From the NCBI RefSeq assembly GCF_009914755.1, contig NC_060939.1: a stretch of 64,000 bases of DNA; one strand, written 5' to 3'. The notes under the pieces are model-generated. The model saw only the letters and a program-made list of their open reading frames with translations, searched no databases and had not been told where the DNA came from. Source of the DNA: the human T2T-CHM13v2.0 reference genome, Homo sapiens. The first letter of the stretch is position 1, and each line of letters starts with the position of its first letter. The position numbers and the translations under genes are program-made. This document shows positions 59,557 to 64,000 of the stretch, piece after piece.

Positions 59557-60064
59557 GAAAATATCACATCTTTTAAGACCAAAAACTTTATTTTACTTTG
59601 GAGAAAAGAATACACTCTAATTTTAAAAAAACAGAAACAAATAAAGTGAGTTAAAGGTATAAATTTATTTAAATAGTATTCAGTGTGTCCTGACATTAAA
59701 GATCTGTGTAAAATTTAACCAGTTTAGATGAAAAAAGGTAACTTTTTACAAGTTGCTGAGAAAAAAAATCAAAAGAAAATGGGACTAAAAAGACAATCTG
59801 CACTGTAGCAACCCTGTAAGAGCATCTGTGTAATGCAGGCTCAGTGTTTGCCAAGTTAATATTTACTTCTATTAGAAGCTTCTAAATGCCAAAATGAACT
59901 TATTAAAATGTCACCAGTGACTGTGTGCAGGATTACAGGCAGGTTTTCTTCTTTCCACCTTTTGGAAATTTTCCAGATTAAAAAAGAAAAAAAAAAACCC
60001 TAGAAACAAAAAAACCTGACACGCACCACTTACTTTTATGATACAAAACAAAAGTGAACTATTA

Positions 60065-60385
<321 letters not shown>

Positions 60386-62034
60386 CGTTTAAAAAAATGT
60401 ATGCCCTGATTACTTCAAAACAGGGTTAAGAGATGGGTAAGAAAATAGGTCTCTTTACTTTCCTTGGTATAGTGAACGTTATTATACATGTTGTATTTAA
60501 ATGTTTTTGACCTAACTTGATTGACAACAATGTAAACATCATCAGAAAGAATGACCATATCAGATCAGATGGAAATAGGTCTGAAGTCACCATGACGCCT
60601 TGACTTTTTGACATGCTAAGTTTGAAGGGAAAAGGAGGAGGATTCAATGAGAAAATGACAGAGCTCAGGAAATTGCTAAGTGAAAAGACTTTGATTACGA
60701 GCTGCTCACTTGAGCAACCAAACCCAAGAAAGAGGCAGTGTAGCAAGAGAAGCAGAGAGTTACCAACATTCTCCAAGTTTTAAAAGTATCAGTAAAGAGG
60801 CAGGAAAAGAATAAAAAAATGTACCAGAATGGCAGTATTATGGAATCTAAGGAAAAAAGTACTTCAAAAAAGATTAAGACAGTCAAAACGCTGCTAAAAA
60901 ATAAAGGAAAATGAGGCTTGAGGATGACATTAACTCAGCAATGGCTTATTGAAAACTGAGCTTCAGTGTGGTGAAGGTGGAAGCCAGGCTGCAAAACTGT
61001 ATGACCACAATGATTGAAAAGAAAACAGGCAAGGGCCTCAACCACATCCTTCAACAAGTTAAACAGCAAAAAAGGACAAATAAGACAGTGGAAGATAGAT
61101 GAAGAACCAGTGGAGAGAGAAAGACAAGAAAGTGAACAAAGCTACAAGATTCTGGAGCAGACAGGAGGCTGAATCCAGGACACTGGCAAGAGGCAGGCTG
61201 AGTACAGAAAGAGACCAGAATAGAGAGGCCACGGCAAAGACTTTGTGGTAGAGAAGCAGAATAAATGTAGGAGCTCACAATGGACAGATACCTTCTGATT
61301 AAAATGGGACATAGTTTAATCTAGCAAATCAAATGGAGGTTTGGATATTTTAAAAAGAAACAGGAGACAGATTAAGATGGTACTATGTCACTAGGTGAAA
61401 CCGTTTATGGGGAAGGAAGGGAGGACTCTATAGACCCTACTGATACTCTGCATCTAACCTGGGCTTTCCTGATTTGTGTAACTAATCCTGTCTCTTGTGG
61501 AGTATGAAGTTTCAAAGCCAGGCAGCTTACACATTTGCCTTTGATGTGAATTCCATCTCCCTGTGTCTGAGCCATTATCTGGGGTTAAAAAGGTCCCAGA
61601 GGTTGTGTGGATTGCTTCAAGATGACTCATATGGGAGAGGAACACTTGATGTTGCTTGCTGCCAAGTTGTGGCCCATGGCAGAGTCCTGCCAGTCTGAAT
61701 GTTTAGTTGAACTTCCAAAGACTACCTGGTAGATATTATCATCGGGATATAAGACTTATTTTCTTTTATTTCCATGAACACGAGTGGTAGAAATGAAATG
61801 TTACATTCTTTACTAACACAAAATATAGCAGTAAACAAGAGCAAGATACAAGAATGGGAAGTGAGAAGTCCAGCATAAGGTAGACCTGATGGATTTTGAC
61901 TTTCAAAGTTTAACTGGCTCAATGGAGACTGCTTACAGATTACAATCTAATTACAATAGTAAGCTTGTTGTTTGATACCTTTTTCTGGTGATCCAAATAC
62001 TTTTTAACCCACATAAGTTGCAATACTGACATAC

Positions 62035-62185
62035 CCTGAGAATTTGATCACCTTCCTCTAAGCCTTCCTTGGCTGCAGGGCTATCTTCTAGAACGCCAGC
62101 TACAAATATTCCAACATCATTTCCACCAGCCAGCCGCAAACCCACACTATCTCCTTTTCTGAATTTTACCAATTTCATGCTGGGC
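62035..62185 (-). CDS. TJP1: ZO-1 exon 11 (PDZ3): [28 protein letters not shown]...GDQILR
   Basis: aacag|G ... AGG|gtatgt, 151 nt, PDZ GLGF-equivalent loop SVGL. Confidence 0.98.
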
Positions 62186-63516
62186 CTGTTAAAACAGATA
62201 TTTCATTTGAAACAGTTAAGAAGAGCTTAAAACGTTATAGCAATCACTACAGTGAAAACTATATTCAGAATTAAATAAAGAACCATCATTTCTAAAACTT
62301 CTCTCATACCACTATTTTACTAAATAAAATTTAGTGTTAGAATTCAAATCAGACTTAATAACACTATTTTCTGATTAACAGTTTTGGAATATTCAAATTT
62401 AATATGCAAGTACTATTTTACATAACTAATTTATAAAATTACTTTGTAAAACAATGTTTTCTCAACTCTCAAAGAGTTATGGTACATTCCAAATGGCTAA
62501 AAACATCTTCCATTTTTTCCACCCCAATTCACACATCATTTCTATTAATAACTGAAAAGTCAAATTTTTTAAAATAAAGGTAGAAATTGAAGTATAAATT
62601 GGCTAATTTTCCTAACACGATGGACTCAAAATAAGGCTCCAAGCATTGTGATTTCTACATGTAACAGAGAGTGATTTTTAAAAAAACTTTGCAGTTGGTG
62701 GAGTCTTTCAGTAGTTCACAGAGTAGTTCACTTACTCTGCTGCCCCTCTGAGTTTTACAATACAAATCATATAGTCATTCAGCCTTTCTACATTAGCCCC
62801 ATATCCATTCTGTCCCTTTCTAGTTCTCTGAATGGAAAAAAAAAATAATGCATACACACCCACCTCTAGCATCAGTGTAGTGTTGAAACCTTGTGACACT
62901 CCTTAAAACAAATACTAAAGGATGCCTTCTAAGAACTGACTGGATAGAAACAGACTGTAATTAAAAATTACCCACTATATTTCCCTTCTAGGGATTCATA
63001 AGTACTCTCACATTCCTAGCAAGAAAATACACTATTTTACCTATTCTGACAAGAAGTGTAGAAAAAAATCCCTATACTCTTTATTATGTAATACTAACCA
63101 AATTATTAGAAACTAATAGATAACAATAACAACAACAACAACAAAAAGTCAAATAAATGAATGAAATGTGTTGAGGAAGGAGAGATTTCTAGTCTCTTTA
63201 AGCCAACTAAAGAGATCGCCTTAACTTTCAGAACTTACTATTTATTCATTTCTGATTGGGTTACCTGACCTGGAACTAACATCAGCTAGTCATAAAAGTA
63301 AGAGCCTGAGAAATCAGATGAGGTCTCTCACTGGCTGGTGGCATCCTTGATCCCTCCATGAAACTATTTACCAGCTTTACTACAAATGGTCCAAGCCCCT
63401 TGGTTGTAGTGGTATCCTAGCCAGGTCAAAAGCATTCTCATAGATTCCTCTCCTAAACCCATTGTACTGAAACCTCTTTAAATATTTCCTCAAAGTCCTT
63501 AAGACTCCAGGTCTCA

Positions 63517-63634
63517 GTTGGGTGTGGCAGCTCAAGCCTATAATGCCAGCACTTTGGGAGACTGAGGCAGGAGGACTGCTTGAGCCTAGGAGTTTGTTCC
63601 CAGCCCTGATCAACACAGCAAGACCCTGTCACTA

Positions 63635-63668
<34 letters not shown>

Positions 63669-63850
63669 AGCTGGGTTTCGTGGCTCGTTGCCTATAGTCC
63701 TAGCTACTCCGAAGGCTGAGGTGGGAGGATTCCTCGAGCCTAGGAGTTTGAGGTTATGGTGAGCAATGATCACACCATTATACTCTAGCCTGGGTGACAG
63801 AGTGAGGCCCTGTCTCTTTAAAACAAAGCAAAACAAAAACAAAAACAAAA
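63517..63850 (+). mobile_element. AluJ with expanded A30 central linker
   Basis: Diverged dimer, A run ~63637-63666. Confidence 0.88.
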
Positions 63851-64000
63851 GATAGGACTTTGGAAATCCTCTTCTAACCCTGACCCATCTAATGTGCTTC
63901 AAAAAGCAAAAACAACTGAGCACAGTATCCACCCTTTAGTAAAACATGGCTTCTGAAAACCACTGTTAGAAGACAGCTTTAGGCCATATCTCACCAACAG

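Overview
Human (primate) genomic DNA, not prokaryotic. The minus strand carries the 3' part of TJP1 (tight junction protein ZO-1). I traced 18 coding exons (11-28 by canonical numbering) by hand from 62185 down to the TAA at 26364. All have GT-AG boundaries and consistent phases, covering PDZ3, SH3, GuK, the acidic region, the 240-nt alpha cassette, the proline-rich tail and ZU5. A ~1.45 kb 3'UTR ends near 24900. Intron 15 holds an antisense HMGN2 processed retrocopy with an uninterrupted 90-aa ORF, inserted in an Alu A-tail, and intron 18 holds a two-LTR MST (MaLR) element. Positions 1-24 kb lie downstream of TJP1: a CpG island with splice signals suggesting a plus-strand non-coding transcript, a hAT (MER1/Charlie3) element, an LTR12-family solo LTR, old L1, MLT1 and many Alus. 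I found no evidence of a wholly new biological system. The most unusual unexplained signals are two local templated-insertion scars (a perfect 47-bp inverted copy at 20604/21128 and a ~130-bp copy at 39840/40610), three in-phase alternative donors in the ZU5 exon, the intact HMGN2 retrocopy, and inverted-Alu layouts that could promote editing or back-splicing. Repeat subfamily names are from memory of consensus sequences, and repeat boundaries are approximate.
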